Sequence record: PQ850605.1
Length of the DNA stretch: 64,000 bases
Source of the DNA: Escherichia phage HansTraber_Bas100
Direction: 5' to 3' (one strand)
The notes beneath the pieces were generated by a model, which was not told the origin of the DNA, did no database searches, and saw only the letters and a list, made by a program, of their open reading frames with translations. The position numbers were made by a program, and so were the translations under genes. Below are positions 9,024 to 19,875 of this stretch, piece by piece; within the stretch, counting starts at the first letter, position 1, and each line of letters opens with the position of its first letter.

Positions 9024-10163
9024 ATGACTCGCATTAGCCAAACACACTCTCGCCTCCCAGCGAGCAAGGTGCGCCCTTTTGATATGCAATCCGTTACTGA
9101 TGCGGCTGTTTCCCAGCTTGCTCGTATCGGTATTGTGTTTGATTCCGCGATTGTGCGTGATCAGATTGAGCACTTAAACCGTGCAGGCGCTTTTCGCGTA
9201 GGTGACGCCGCGTTTACTGCGCCGCAGACTACTCCGTCAATCCCGACCCCGTTGCAATTCCTGCAGCAGTGGTTGCCTGGCTTCGTCAAAATCATGACCG
9301 CTGCTCGTAAAATCGACGAGCTGGTTGGTATTGATACCGTTGGTCAGTGGGAAGATGCAGAAATCGTTCAGGGTATCGTTGAACCAGCTGGCACCGCAGT
9401 TGAATATGGTGATTTCACCTCTATTCCTCTGGCAAGCTGGAACGTAAACTTTGAACGTCGTTCTATCGTTCGTGGCGAAATGGGCATGGCAGTTGGTATG
9501 CTGGAAGAAGGCCGCGCGTCTGCGATGCGTCTGAACTCCGCAGAAACCAAGCGCCAGCAGGCTGCTGTATCTCTGGAAATCATGCGTAACGCAATCGGCT
9601 TCTATGGCTGGTACAACGGGAACAACCGTACATTCGGCTTCCTGAATGATCCAAACCTGCCAGCGGCGATGACTTCCAACACCACTTCCGGCTGGGCCAC
9701 TGCGACCTTCCAACAGGTGACTGCAGACATCCGTTTGATGGTTCGTCAAATTCGTGTGAACTCTCAGGACCAGATTGATCCAGAGAAGGTTGACATGACT
9801 CTGGCACTGCCGACCAACTCTATCGATTGGCTGTCCAACACCACTGACTTCGGTATTTCTGTACGTGACTGGATCACCCAGACTTATCCGAAGATGAAGA
9901 TCAAGTCTGCACCGGAACTCAACGGCGCACTTGGCAGCGACCCGACTTTCTTGAACGTGGCATACCTGTACGCTGATCACATCGATTCCTCAATCGATGG
10001 TTCAAGCGATGATGGTTCCGTATTCAGTCAGCTGGTTCAGACCAAGTTCATGACTCTGGGCGTTGAAAAGCGTGCTAAGAGCTACGTTGAAGACTACGCA
10101 AACGCAACAGCAGGCGTTCTGCTCAAGCGTCCGTTCGCAGTCGTCCGTATGACTGGTATTTAA
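9024..10163 (+). CDS. major capsid protein (putative)
   Basis: 379-aa ORF with AGGTGA RBS, followed by strong stem-loop; position after scaffold-like gene. Confidence 0.6.
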   Translation: MTRISQTHSRLPASKVRPFDMQSVTDAAVSQLARIGIVFDSAIVRDQIEHLNRAGAFRVGDAAFTAPQTTPSIPTPLQFLQQWLPGFVKIMTAARKIDELVGIDTVGQWEDAEIVQGIVEPAGTAVEYGDFTSIPLASWNVNFERRSIVRGEMGMAVGMLEEGRASAMRLNSAETKRQQAAVSLEIMRNAIGFYGWYNGNNRTFGFLNDPNLPAAMTSNTTSGWATATFQQVTADIRLMVRQIRVNSQDQIDPEKVDMTLALPTNSIDWLSNTTDFGISVRDWITQTYPKMKIKSAPELNGALGSDPTFLNVAYLYADHIDSSIDGSSDDGSVFSQLVQTKFMTLGVEKRAKSYVEDYANATAGVLLKRPFAVVRMTGI

Positions 10164-10188
10164 TTGCTGTGATTACACAGTAAAACAC

Positions 10189-10218
10189 ATGGGGCGTGGT
10201 CGAAAGGCTTCGCCCCAT
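10189..10218 (+). terminator. GC-rich stem-loop after capsid gene (no U-tract)
   Basis: ATGGGGCG ... CGCCCCAT perfect 8-bp inverted repeat. Confidence 0.4.
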
Positions 10219-10278
10219 ATCAATAGACCTCAAGGGCTGTAGGGGCTTATCTGAGGCTTATATAAATAGGACTACAAA

Positions 10279-10743
10279 ATGTCAAAATACATCGTTTCAA
10301 CTATGTCTATGTCAGTTAACTACACTTTCTATACGGAAGTGAAAGAAAACCCGAATGCAAAAGCTGGTTCAGGCGCTCTTCCAAATATTCGCAAACAGAT
10401 TCTAATCAAGGGCGGCGCTGGTCTTACTTCAGCAACTTCCGGCTTTGGTGAAATGGCAAAAGGCGCTGACGGTGCACCTTTGTGGACTCCTGAAGGAATC
10501 GTCACCGTTGTAAGCGATGCAGATTTTGAGCATCTGAAAGATCATCACGTGTTTAAGCAGCATCTTGAAAAAGGTTTGGTGAAAGTCGTAAATCACGACA
10601 TTGTTGGCAATCACAAAGCCGTCGCTAAAGAAGTTCGCGGCATGTCAGACGACCCGTTTGCGCCTATGACGCGCGAAACTGCTGACAAGCGCATCAAGGT
10701 GAAATTGAGCGGCGACCAAGAAGATGATTTATTCCGCGTTTAA
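10279..10743 (+). CDS. hypothetical structural protein
   Basis: 154-aa ORF with AGGA RBS in head-tail gene block. Confidence 0.55.
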   Translation: MSKYIVSTMSMSVNYTFYTEVKENPNAKAGSGALPNIRKQILIKGGAGLTSATSGFGEMAKGADGAPLWTPEGIVTVVSDADFEHLKDHHVFKQHLEKGLVKVVNHDIVGNHKAVAKEVRGMSDDPFAPMTRETADKRIKVKLSGDQEDDLFRV

Positions 10744-10757
10744 ATAAGGTGAATGCC

Positions 10758-11213
10758 ATGTCATTAGATTACGAAAAGTTCAGAATTAAATTTCCACAGT
10801 TTGCTGATCAGGTTAAATTCCCTGACACAACACTTCAAGTATTCTATGACATGGCATGTGAATTTATTGAATCACAAGACAGTCCTTGTCGTGTTTTAAA
10901 TGGCAGTAAATTGGAGCTGGCATTGGAATATATGACGGCTCATCTTTTATGCATAGCCACAGACCAACAGGTGTCTGTGTCTTCTGGTGACGGAGTTGAA
11001 CAAGGCGGCTTCGTGACTGGTGCAACAATCGGTGACATCACCGTGAATAAGGTAGCGCCGCCTGCAAGTGATGGTTGGGAATACTGGCTTTCAAGCACTC
11101 CTTATGGCATGGCGCTTTGGGCGCTTCTGCAAGCACTGGCTGTCGGCGGCTTGTCGTTTGGCGGTCTTCCAGAGCGCGAAGGATTTCGTAAAATTGGTGG
11201 GGTATTCTGGTGA
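10758..11213 (+). CDS. hypothetical structural protein
   Basis: ATG 10758 with AAGGTGAA RBS preferred over track GTG 10749. Confidence 0.55.
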   Translation: MSLDYEKFRIKFPQFADQVKFPDTTLQVFYDMACEFIESQDSPCRVLNGSKLELALEYMTAHLLCIATDQQVSVSSGDGVEQGGFVTGATIGDITVNKVAPPASDGWEYWLSSTPYGMALWALLQALAVGGLSFGGLPEREGFRKIGGVFW

Positions 11214-11596
11214 GGATTCCTGGCGTAAACTTATATCGAGTTGCGACAAAGGTCATCGGTCGCCAACCGATTCAATATTACATGTACAAGGGGCGCACTC
11301 TTGATAAAATGCGCAACTACGTTACCACTTATGAAGAACCAATCACGCTACTTGCTTCGGTGCAGGCTGTTCTTCGAAATCAATACGTCGAGCTTGGATT
11401 GGAGCTTCAAAAGAACTATGTCAAAATCTGGGTAGACAAAGACATTGTTGACCTTGACCGCGACGCTTCCGGCGACTATTTTGTGTTTGGTGGGAAAACG
11501 TATAAAATGGAAGATGAAACGACATGGTTTGACCAAGATGGTTGGACGACTTGCCTTGCCGTGGAAATAAAACAAAGCTTTCCAGTGTCTACTTGA
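11210..11596 (+). CDS. hypothetical structural protein
   Basis: GTG start overlapping upstream stop (GTGA); operon context. Confidence 0.5.
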   Translation: MRIPGVNLYRVATKVIGRQPIQYYMYKGRTLDKMRNYVTTYEEPITLLASVQAVLRNQYVELGLELQKNYVKIWVDKDIVDLDRDASGDYFVFGGKTYKMEDETTWFDQDGWTTCLAVEIKQSFPVST

Positions 11597-11603
11597 GGTG
11601 TAT

Positions 11604-12179
11604 ATGACAGATGTCGACCTGATTGACATGCTGGCAACGCGAATTGAAGAAGGTCTGGCGACGTATAGTCGTGCAGACCTTTCTGCTGTTCCGGTCCAGA
11701 AAAAGTATCAACCGACTCAACAGGGTATTCCGACTGGTGACCAAATTTGGTTTAACCTTTTATTCTCAGTTCCGTTTGGATGGTCCATGAGGAAAAGTGA
11801 ATTTGTCAATGATGAGTCTCAATTTGTAAACGGAAAATTCAAAGATATTGAAGATCAAATATACGCTACACGTTTTCAAATCAGCGGCTTATTTCCAGAA
11901 GTTCCTGGCAATCCAGAAAAGCCTACTGCTAATGACGTATTGACTTATTTGGCAAGATTCATAACTCATAAAGCGAATTTGAGGGATTGGTTCAACAAGC
12001 ATCAGGCATCAGTATATCGAATCGACATGAATAATAATGAAAAGTTTTATGATGACATGTCGCAATTTGAATCATTCCCTTCTTTTGATTTGGTAATACT
12101 TCACAGAAACGCAATTTCAATTGATACTCCTGCTGTTGCAAGAGCTGTTAATAATGATTTGGGTGATATTCCGGTGTAA
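11604..12179 (+). CDS. hypothetical structural protein
   Basis: ATG 11604 with GAGG RBS; operon context. Confidence 0.55.
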   Translation: MTDVDLIDMLATRIEEGLATYSRADLSAVPVQKKYQPTQQGIPTGDQIWFNLLFSVPFGWSMRKSEFVNDESQFVNGKFKDIEDQIYATRFQISGLFPEVPGNPEKPTANDVLTYLARFITHKANLRDWFNKHQASVYRIDMNNNEKFYDDMSQFESFPSFDLVILHRNAISIDTPAVARAVNNDLGDIPV

Positions 12180-12180
12180 T

Positions 12181-12666
12181 ATGACAAAATCAAAAATGAT
12201 AGAAAAACAGATTAAGGCGCTTCAGTCTATGAAGGGTCTTACTGTTGAGGCAGGATGGTTTGATTCTACCAGATACCCTTCAGAAACTGGTGGAGAAGGA
12301 ATACTGGTGTCAGAAGTAGCGCGGCTTAACGAGTTTGGTCACATAGCCGTTTTGAACTTTGGACAAGGCCCAGTCAGGGTAGAAGTGCCACCCAGACCAT
12401 TCATGAGATATGCCTATGAATTATTCGTTAGTGAGCGCAGTGAAATAGAGAATAAAATTGCTAAAAAGATTTTTTCCGGTAAAATAGACGCTAGACAGGC
12501 ATTGGGTCAAATTGGGCTTGCGATGGAAGCAAAGATTGTCGAATCAATTAAAAACGGACCGTGGCAACCAAATGCCAGATATACTGTACGTGTGAAGGGA
12601 TTCGACAAGCCTTTGATTCACACTAGCCTCATGTGGCAATCTGTCAGCAGCCAAGTCATTAAATAA
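12181..12666 (+). CDS. hypothetical protein (possible neck/tail completion)
   Basis: ATG 12181, 2 nt after upstream stop; track N-terminal extension rejected. Confidence 0.5.
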   Translation: MTKSKMIEKQIKALQSMKGLTVEAGWFDSTRYPSETGGEGILVSEVARLNEFGHIAVLNFGQGPVRVEVPPRPFMRYAYELFVSERSEIENKIAKKIFSGKIDARQALGQIGLAMEAKIVESIKNGPWQPNARYTVRVKGFDKPLIHTSLMWQSVSSQVIK

Positions 12667-12678
12667 GAGGACACCGAC

Positions 12679-14217
12679 GTGATCAGTCAATCTCGTTATA
12701 TTAAAATTGTATCAGGGGTCGGAGCAGGCGCGGCTGTTGCAGTTCGCAAACTGTCGCTTCGCGTCATGACTTCTAATACAGTTCTGCCGCCGGGCATTGT
12801 AGCAGAATTTTCAACGGCTGATGCTGTTGGATCATATTTCGGTTATTCTTCCGAAGAATATAAGCGCGCAGCATTATATTTTGGATTCATCAGCAAGCAA
12901 ATTAACTCGCCTGATTCAATCAGCTTCTCGCGTATTGTTTCAACTGCGATTCCAGCAATGGTCATCGGTGATACTGAGCCTAAAGTGCTTGCTACGTTTC
13001 AAGCATTCACTGGCGCTATTTTAAGCATCACTTATGATGGCACAGACTACCTGACTGACGCAATTAACCTTTCAGCGGCAACAAGTCTGGCGAATGTGGC
13101 TGAACTTCTGGAAACGGCAATCAATACTAAATTTGCAGCAGAAGGTGGCACGTCGGTGCCTGCACTTGCTGATGCAGAAGTGTATTGGAACGCTAATACT
13201 CAGCAGTTCACGCTGGAAGCAGCGCCGTCGACCGCTGGCGCAGGCAACCTGTCTATCAACGTCACAGGCCAACCGACCGACCCGTCTCAAGCATTGGGTT
13301 GGACCACCACTGGCACCGTAACCGTTGCAGGCCAGGGCGTTTCAAGTCCGGTAGAAGCAATCGCAGCATCTGTGGAAATCTCCAACAACTTCGGCTCATT
13401 CCTTTTTGCTGGGGCTGACCGAACTCTGGAAGAAATTACCGCTGTGGCAGCGTGGAATCATTCGCAGAATAATATGTACATGTATTTATTCTCGACTTCG
13501 TTCGCTAATATCGGGTCATACTACACCGCTCTGAAAGGGTACTCAGGCGTTGGCATGATGATTCGCGCCACTAACCTTGCAAACGATTACATCGACCAAG
13601 CGCCTGCTGAAATCCTCGCGGCGACGAACTATAATACTGTGAATGCGACTCAAAACTACATGTATTATCAGTTTGATACTCGCAACGTGACTGTTTCAAC
13701 TGACTCTCGCGCAGATACTGCTGATCAAAACCGTGCTAACTACATCGGTGCAACTCAGCAGGCCGGACAAACCTTGGCATTCTTCCAGCGCGGCGTATTG
13801 ATGGGCGGGTCTACCGCAGCAGTTGACATGAATACTTATGCCAACGAGATGTGGCTTAAATCTGCTATCACTTCTCAGCTGTTCAGCATGTTCTTGAATC
13901 TTGGTCGCGTGCCTGCAAACGAAGAAGGTAAAGCGACTGTACAAGCCATGATTCAAGTTGCTGTTGACAATGCGAAGGTTAACGGCACCATCTCTGTTGG
14001 CAAGGCGCTGACTGAGATTCAGAAACAATACATCACGCAAACTTCCGGTGACAACACTGCTTGGCGGCAGGTTGAAACTATCGGTTACTGGCTGACTGTA
14101 GATTTTGATACTGAAACCACTTCCGATGGGCGCACCGAATACTATGCAACATACACGCTAATCTACTCTAAAGATGATGCTGTGCGTCGCGTTGAAGGTC
14201 GTGACGTCCTTATCTAA
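12679..14217 (+). CDS. tail sheath protein (putative)
   Basis: 512-aa ORF, GTG start with AAGAGGA RBS; size and position immediately upstream of tube-like gene. Confidence 0.6.
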   Translation: MISQSRYIKIVSGVGAGAAVAVRKLSLRVMTSNTVLPPGIVAEFSTADAVGSYFGYSSEEYKRAALYFGFISKQINSPDSISFSRIVSTAIPAMVIGDTEPKVLATFQAFTGAILSITYDGTDYLTDAINLSAATSLANVAELLETAINTKFAAEGGTSVPALADAEVYWNANTQQFTLEAAPSTAGAGNLSINVTGQPTDPSQALGWTTTGTVTVAGQGVSSPVEAIAASVEISNNFGSFLFAGADRTLEEITAVAAWNHSQNNMYMYLFSTSFANIGSYYTALKGYSGVGMMIRATNLANDYIDQAPAEILAATNYNTVNATQNYMYYQFDTRNVTVSTDSRADTADQNRANYIGATQQAGQTLAFFQRGVLMGGSTAAVDMNTYANEMWLKSAITSQLFSMFLNLGRVPANEEGKATVQAMIQVAVDNAKVNGTISVGKALTEIQKQYITQTSGDNTAWRQVETIGYWLTVDFDTETTSDGRTEYYATYTLIYSKDDAVRRVEGRDVLI

Positions 14218-14223
14218 ATAATT

Positions 14224-14241
14224 GCCGCCGTAACTGGCGGC
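14224..14241 (+). promoter_or_regulatory. stem-loop between sheath and tube genes
   Basis: GCCGCC-gtaact-GGCGGC perfect inverted repeat; no U-tract. Confidence 0.35.
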
Positions 14242-14264
14242 CATCTCTCTGAGAGGAATCTGTA

Positions 14265-14732
14265 ATGATTAACGTTTCCGGTTTTGGCGCTTCGATTCGT
14301 TTAGTGGCATCAAACACTTTTCCAAATGGTGTAACTCTTTCTGATTTCGCAGATGATGCTGATCCGATTGACGCGCCTGATCTTCAAATCTCTGAAGCGG
14401 CAATGGGATTGAACGGTGACTTGGTAGTCTGGAACCGTGCCAACCCTCTTGAAGTAGGCGTCAACATCATCCCTACTTCTGAAAGCGATGTAAACTTAGA
14501 TGTTCTGGCAGCGGCTAACCGTGTAGGTAAGCGCAAGAACTCTGCGAAAGACGTGATCACCCTTATTCTGACCTACCCTTCTGGCATGGTCATCACACTG
14601 AACAAGGGAACTTTGACGACTGGTTCAGTGATTCCTGGCATCCAGTCTCAGGGTCGTGTAAAAACACGTCAATATCGCTTTAAGTTTGAGAACGTAGTCA
14701 AAACTGGCGTGAGCAACCAAGAGATTTTATAA
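14265..14732 (+). CDS. tail tube protein (putative)
   Basis: 155-aa ORF after sheath gene, GAGAGGA RBS; paralog of 15683-16180. Confidence 0.6.
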   Translation: MINVSGFGASIRLVASNTFPNGVTLSDFADDADPIDAPDLQISEAAMGLNGDLVVWNRANPLEVGVNIIPTSESDVNLDVLAAANRVGKRKNSAKDVITLILTYPSGMVITLNKGTLTTGSVIPGIQSQGRVKTRQYRFKFENVVKTGVSNQEIL

Positions 14733-15061
14733 TGTATCAAATACCACTTGACAGCGTACCTAACCAGAATATCAGCTTTAACGTTGACGGTGCTTATTGG
14801 CAGCTGCACATATTCGCCGCAATTGAGCACATGTGCGCAGATGTTTACCGCAATGGCGAATTGTTGATTCAGGGGGTACGTTGTTTTGGTGGTATACCAA
14901 TGGTGCCTTATAAATATCTCATGATTGGGTACGGCAACTTTATTTTTGACAGCGTACCCGATTATGAGCATTTTAACTCTGGCGGCTGTAATTTATATTA
15001 CATGTCAGAATCTGAGTTGGCTGAATTCCAGAAAACTGCTGAAGCGGAGTTTGCAATTTGA
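14732..15061 (+). CDS. hypothetical protein
   Basis: TAATG start/stop overlap with tube gene. Confidence 0.5.
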   Translation: MYQIPLDSVPNQNISFNVDGAYWQLHIFAAIEHMCADVYRNGELLIQGVRCFGGIPMVPYKYLMIGYGNFIFDSVPDYEHFNSGGCNLYYMSESELAEFQKTAEAEFAI

Positions 15062-15414
15062 CAACTCTAACGATTGAAGTTAATGATAACAATGACCTGT
15101 TTCTGCCTGATGGAAGAAATTTGAATATTCTGTCAGGAGAAAAGGCCATGGTACAAGTTATCAAGGCGGCGCATCAAATGCGACTTGGTGAAGACTTGTA
15201 CGATATAGAAAACGGGGTCGATTATTTGGGGACCGTTTTCAAGTCGCCCGTTGACGAAGACGGTGCGCGAAAGTCGATTGCAGATGCTATTCTGAAGAAA
15301 GCAGACGTTGCCGGAATCGACTCATTGACTGTCACCATCCAAAACGGTATTCTTGGATTCACCGCTGAAGTGGTGACTATTTATGGCGAACGTATAAAGG
15401 TGAGTAATCAATAA
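15058..15414 (+). CDS. hypothetical protein
   Basis: ORF with probable TTG start overlapping upstream stop. Confidence 0.45.
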   Translation: MTTLTIEVNDNNDLFLPDGRNLNILSGEKAMVQVIKAAHQMRLGEDLYDIENGVDYLGTVFKSPVDEDGARKSIADAILKKADVAGIDSLTVTIQNGILGFTAEVVTIYGERIKVSNQ

Positions 15415-15680
15415 TGGCACAAGTAATTCATTTTGCAAATGGCGTCATGAAATTTGGCGAAAAATTTGAAGACGCATCAGAGCTGTTTAATAAGAAGGTT
15501 GAGCCTGTTGCAGAAATCAAAGAGCAGGTCGAAGAAGAATCCGTTGAACAAAAACTAGATTTTGATTCCATGAGCGTTTCAGAATTGAAGTCTTATGCTA
15601 AAGAAAATGGCATTGACATCAAGGGTCTTTCTTATAAGGATGAAATTCTTGCTGCAGTTAAATCTGCATCTGCGGAGTAA
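15414..15680 (+). CDS. hypothetical acidic protein
   Basis: TAATG overlap start; 88 aa. Confidence 0.5.
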   Translation: MAQVIHFANGVMKFGEKFEDASELFNKKVEPVAEIKEQVEEESVEQKLDFDSMSVSELKSYAKENGIDIKGLSYKDEILAAVKSASAE

Positions 15681-15682
15681 AC

Positions 15683-16180
15683 ATGGTCAATATTAGTGGA
15701 TTTGGCACAAGCATTAGAATTGTCGCTCTTCAATCTTTTCCTGTTGGGCTGAATATCAGTTCTTTGTCTGATGACCAGGATTCGCTAATTATTGAGGAAG
15801 TTGAATCAGTAGGTTATCAACTTACTTACGACGGCGGCATTTGCATATACGACAAAGCCGCCGTCGTTCGCGTATCCATTGCGGTCATTCCAAACACTGA
15901 AGATGACATAAATCTTAAGCTTTTATTATCTGCCCGTAAAGGTGGATTCAAGTGGTTGCCAATTCAGGATGTGACATCGATGCTTATTACATATCCTGAC
16001 GGTGGAAGGGTAGTATTCTCGAACGGAACAATAATCAGCGGTCCGCTTGGTGACTCCATAGAGCAATCAGGCCGTCGCAAGACAAACCGATACACATTTG
16101 TGTTTGCCAGCTACGGTGGCGCACAGAGCACGTCTCAAATTGCCAAGGGCGTGGTGCAGAGCATATTGGGGTCCATTTAA
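15683..16180 (+). CDS. tail tube protein paralog
   Basis: N-terminus MVNISGFGTSIRIVA aligns with MINVSGFGASIRLVA of 14265-14732; shared LITYP..G motif. Confidence 0.6.
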   Translation: MVNISGFGTSIRIVALQSFPVGLNISSLSDDQDSLIIEEVESVGYQLTYDGGICIYDKAAVVRVSIAVIPNTEDDINLKLLLSARKGGFKWLPIQDVTSMLITYPDGGRVVFSNGTIISGPLGDSIEQSGRRKTNRYTFVFASYGGAQSTSQIAKGVVQSILGSI

Positions 16181-16713
16181 TGGCTATCGATTTACTGTCA
16201 TATAGTCTATCAAACAGAAGCTTCACGATAAAGAGCTTCAACCTTGGAGAAGTATCCACGCTTGGATGGGCCATAGTCAACGTCAAAATAAGACTCCAAG
16301 CGAAGATATTCAAAAACCAAAGGGAAGACGGCAGCTATATTGTCGATGGCAGAGTAAAGATGCCGCGAATACTCACTGTCACCGTGATAGCTCAGACGAA
16401 AAGCGCATCAGATGCAATCGCTAAGATGTTGCAAAACAGGTCGACTATATACACAATTAATTCCCGTGGTCTAATATTCGAACGTATGGTGCTGCAAAAT
16501 AACAACTTCAGCCAGGACGCTGACAATATAACGTCTCAGCCCATACAATTGGTCTTCCATGAGATATTAACACAGCAGGATGTGTCTATTCAAACAGCGC
16601 AGGCAGGCGACTCAACAGTAATAGAGCGCGGCATTGCATACATAAAAGAAACTTCTGCCAGCGTCACTGGCGTCGCTACAAAGGTGATGAATGGTATCAA
16701 GGGGATGTTCTGA
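16180..16713 (+). CDS. hypothetical tail protein
   Basis: TAATG overlap; operon context upstream of tape measure. Confidence 0.55.
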   Translation: MAIDLLSYSLSNRSFTIKSFNLGEVSTLGWAIVNVKIRLQAKIFKNQREDGSYIVDGRVKMPRILTVTVIAQTKSASDAIAKMLQNRSTIYTINSRGLIFERMVLQNNNFSQDADNITSQPIQLVFHEILTQQDVSIQTAQAGDSTVIERGIAYIKETSASVTGVATKVMNGIKGMF

Positions 16714-17273
16714 TGGACTTCGTTTCGATTCTGCTTTCTGGTCAATCTTTGACCATAACGAATGAGTCAACAGGTCTTCCTGTCTGGACAAGGCTTTCAC
16801 CTGTTTCTGCAGAAATAACATCCCCAGCAGAAACAACTCAATTCCCTCTTGCTGGTACAGCCATGCAGGTTGTCGAAGTATCAAGCACGTCATCAGTAAG
16901 CAATTTACAGGCGGCAAAGGTTGTAATGCCAGCCCATATGGCGTTAAACGTAATTTGCAATGACCAGTCTACAATTGAAAATATCATAAATTCATTTGAT
17001 GATGACGAAGTCACATTTTCAATAACTTCTCGAAGCATCATTGCCAGTAAAATGTCGATGTCCGACGTTGAAATAACCCAGTCAGAAGAAAACTTGAATG
17101 GAGTATCAATAGTAATAACTTTCGAGCAAACGTCATTTAGCATTCAAGGAAGCTTCGACCCTAAACAATCTGCAGACGAATCATCAAATGGTGTTGCTAT
17201 TAAAGAACCAGTCAGTTTGACTACAACTGTGAGTTCGTTATATAATAAAATAAAATCAACAGTAGGAATATAG
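16713..17273 (+). CDS. hypothetical tail protein
   Basis: TGATG overlap; operon context. Confidence 0.55.
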   Translation: MDFVSILLSGQSLTITNESTGLPVWTRLSPVSAEITSPAETTQFPLAGTAMQVVEVSSTSSVSNLQAAKVVMPAHMALNVICNDQSTIENIINSFDDDEVTFSITSRSIIASKMSMSDVEITQSEENLNGVSIVITFEQTSFSIQGSFDPKQSADESSNGVAIKEPVSLTTTVSSLYNKIKSTVGI

Positions 17274-17274
17274 A

Positions 17275-17691
17275 ATGAAGATCACCAACAAACAAACTGG
17301 TCGTACAGTAGAAATTAAAATCAGCAAAATGACTGCGATGGAAGGCTGGAATATTCAGCGTCGCTTTGTCGAATTTGCAATGTCGAAAGACCCTGCGTTC
17401 CGTTCAGAGTATACGATGGAAGTGTTGAGCTTCGCAAAAGTCGAGCTTGATGTGGGCCAAGAAATCCCATTAAGTACTGGTGCACTAATTGACAACCATC
17501 TTGGTGACTGGGAAAACCTTAAAGAAGTCTTCGAAGCAGTCCTCATGGAGAACGGTATAAACCCAGATACTCACGCCGAGCGTGAAGGCTACTGGGAACA
17601 AGCTGGCGGCGAAATGGCTGCAGCATTCATCGGCGAATCGATGCGATTAATCGCTCCATTCCTCAGCGGCGAGACTCCAAACAAGGGGTAA
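17275..17691 (+). CDS. hypothetical protein (possible tail assembly chaperone)
   Basis: 138-aa ORF immediately upstream of tape measure gene. Confidence 0.5.
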   Translation: MKITNKQTGRTVEIKISKMTAMEGWNIQRRFVEFAMSKDPAFRSEYTMEVLSFAKVELDVGQEIPLSTGALIDNHLGDWENLKEVFEAVLMENGINPDTHAEREGYWEQAGGEMAAAFIGESMRLIAPFLSGETPNKG

Positions 17692-17694
17692 ACT

Positions 17695-19875
17695 GTGTCT
17701 GACTCATTAGAAAAATTTGTGCTTCAATATACGGTGGACTTGAAAGAGTCCATCAATCGTCTTGAGCAATTGCAAGATAAGGTTGATCAGACAAACAAAA
17801 AGGCAAAATCCGCTGGCAAAGATTTCTCTGGAGCATTCAAAGATGTTTTTGGCGAGCTAAAGCCGCTTACTGGTGAGCTAGGGTCAATTGACGGAATACT
17901 TGCGCGGCTGACATATCGTTTTGCCGCGCTCGTCCCTGTTGTCGCAGGATTGGCAGTCGTCGTCAAATCCATCGTTGATGTTCGAAAAGAATACGAAGCG
18001 CAAAGAAAGCTTGGTTTTGAAGCCGGACTCTCTCCAATGGGTGTCGAACAACTACAACGACAGTTGAATGAAAGTTCAGGTGGCATCCTTGGCGCACAGG
18101 GGTCGCGCGATTTAATCAGCAAAGCTTCTAATTTGGCATTCAATGCATACACCAACCCTGATGTGATGAACAAGGACAACTTGTTGCTGAACAAGATGGG
18201 GACAAGTCCTTTCAACAGTAACGGCGGCATCAAAGACACGAATCAGCTGCTTGATGAAATTGGAACAAAGCTGAGAAGTGTTAATGAGCAAACCGCTCGT
18301 GCCATTGGTGCTCTGGCAGGATTCACGGCTGATGAAGTCCGCGCCCTTCGTGAGCGCAACCAGTCTGTGAAAGAAAGCACGCGCATAAGTGACGAAGAAA
18401 CCGCGAAGCTGCAAAGACAGCAAGCTGCTCTTGAGACTATACGAAATAGTATGGGGCAAATTCAAGAAGATTGGCGGCGTATTGAACTGGTCATCGGTGA
18501 AAACGTTATGCCTGCATTCTCGACGCTTGTCAGCAAAACCGCCGATACAGTCGAAGGATTCCAGATGATGTTCCAAAGAATGTCCGATGGGTGGTCTGAA
18601 TTCGTCGACAATTTCATTGCTGACTTGAAACATCCGTTCGACAAGCAGGCCGCTGTCAACGAGCGTCACGAGCGTGCCGTTGATAGATGGATCACGCAGA
18701 TGGCAGACGGCGATGTGAAACGCCAGAGGAACCAGGAGCAAAACGCTGCTGAACAACGCTCTGCACAAGCACTTTTCACTCGTGATATAAATCTTTTTTC
18801 AAGCGCCGTGTCAACTTTTGCTGGCGTGATTGATGAGCGTCAAGCTTGGGCGGCATGGGCAGGTGAAATTGGGCGCAGCGCAGGGCAATCCGCGATGCCT
18901 GGAACGCCTGCATTGAATACTGGCGCGACCATAGGGAGTAATCTTGGGTCAGGAAACCCGACAGCGTATGACTCAATATATGAGGAAGCTTCAAAACGCT
19001 ATGGCATACCTGTGGCGATGATGAAGGCCGTGACTGAAGTTGAATCTGGATTCAATCCAAATGCTGTGAGCGGAGCAGGCGCGACTGGTTTGATGCAAAT
19101 AATGCCTTCTAACTTCAAGGGTCTTGGAATAACCGATGGCAATGATCCTCGACAAAACATTATGGGCGGCGCTCAACTGTTGAAAGAGTATTTAAACGCT
19201 GCCAACGGCGATTGGAATCTTGCGCTGACGATGTATCACGGTGGCTACGACCGCAGCGGCTGGGGCAAGAATACACGCGCTTATCCTGGAAAGGTCATGG
19301 CCGCTCTCGACCGACAATCCAATGGTGAGTATGCCACGGCAGCGCCGCAAGGTGCACCAGTTACTCCAGTACTTAGCGGTAGCGGAGCGGAAGCACCAAA
19401 GGGCAGCTATGCACCAGTACAAGGCCAATCGCGCCAAACAGTGCAATACAGGCAATTGCAAGAAGCCATTGCAGGATACCTGAACGTACCAGTTGAGCAG
19501 TTGATGCAGGGACAAGTCAACAAAGGTGATATTGACTTTGCTCAAACTTACCTTAAGCTTGGCACGCAAAGGGATTATATTAAAAACATGCAACTGGCTT
19601 CAACTCCAGGTGTAAGACCGAACATTCAAGCCGAAGCTATGAAAAACGCTCGTCTTGCTGCATTCCAACTTGAAGCATTCCAGAAATACGGTGGCGACCT
19701 TTCCGCGAATAGTCGACCTGGTGGGCGTGATATTACTATGGGTCAGAAAAACGTTGTCATCAACGTCAACGGCGCTCAAGACCCACGCAGCACGGCATTC
19801 GAAACGAAACGAGTGCTTGAACAAGATGATATCAACGACATAAACAACCTTACTGCTACACCTTTGAAGTGGTGA
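17695..19875 (+). CDS. tape measure protein with C-terminal lytic transglycosylase (SLT) domain
   Basis: 726-aa ORF, GTG start; TEVESGFNP and GLMQIMPSN motifs typical of SLT domains. Confidence 0.75.
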   Translation: MSDSLEKFVLQYTVDLKESINRLEQLQDKVDQTNKKAKSAGKDFSGAFKDVFGELKPLTGELGSIDGILARLTYRFAALVPVVAGLAVVVKSIVDVRKEYEAQRKLGFEAGLSPMGVEQLQRQLNESSGGILGAQGSRDLISKASNLAFNAYTNPDVMNKDNLLLNKMGTSPFNSNGGIKDTNQLLDEIGTKLRSVNEQTARAIGALAGFTADEVRALRERNQSVKESTRISDEETAKLQRQQAALETIRNSMGQIQEDWRRIELVIGENVMPAFSTLVSKTADTVEGFQMMFQRMSDGWSEFVDNFIADLKHPFDKQAAVNERHERAVDRWITQMADGDVKRQRNQEQNAAEQRSAQALFTRDINLFSSAVSTFAGVIDERQAWAAWAGEIGRSAGQSAMPGTPALNTGATIGSNLGSGNPTAYDSIYEEASKRYGIPVAMMKAVTEVESGFNPNAVSGAGATGLMQIMPSNFKGLGITDGNDPRQNIMGGAQLLKEYLNAANGDWNLALTMYHGGYDRSGWGKNTRAYPGKVMAALDRQSNGEYATAAPQGAPVTPVLSGSGAEAPKGSYAPVQGQSRQTVQYRQLQEAIAGYLNVPVEQLMQGQVNKGDIDFAQTYLKLGTQRDYIKNMQLASTPGVRPNIQAEAMKNARLAAFQLEAFQKYGGDLSANSRPGGRDITMGQKNVVINVNGAQDPRSTAFETKRVLEQDDINDINNLTATPLKW

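Noticed and set aside
9237-9980. 247-aa antisense ORF inside the capsid gene
   Set aside because: Lies entirely within and opposite to a well-supported structural gene, no RBS; typical shadow ORF.
17787-18768. Antisense ORFs (150 and 218 aa) inside the tape measure gene
   Set aside because: Shadow ORFs opposite a long coding region; no RBS or operon context.
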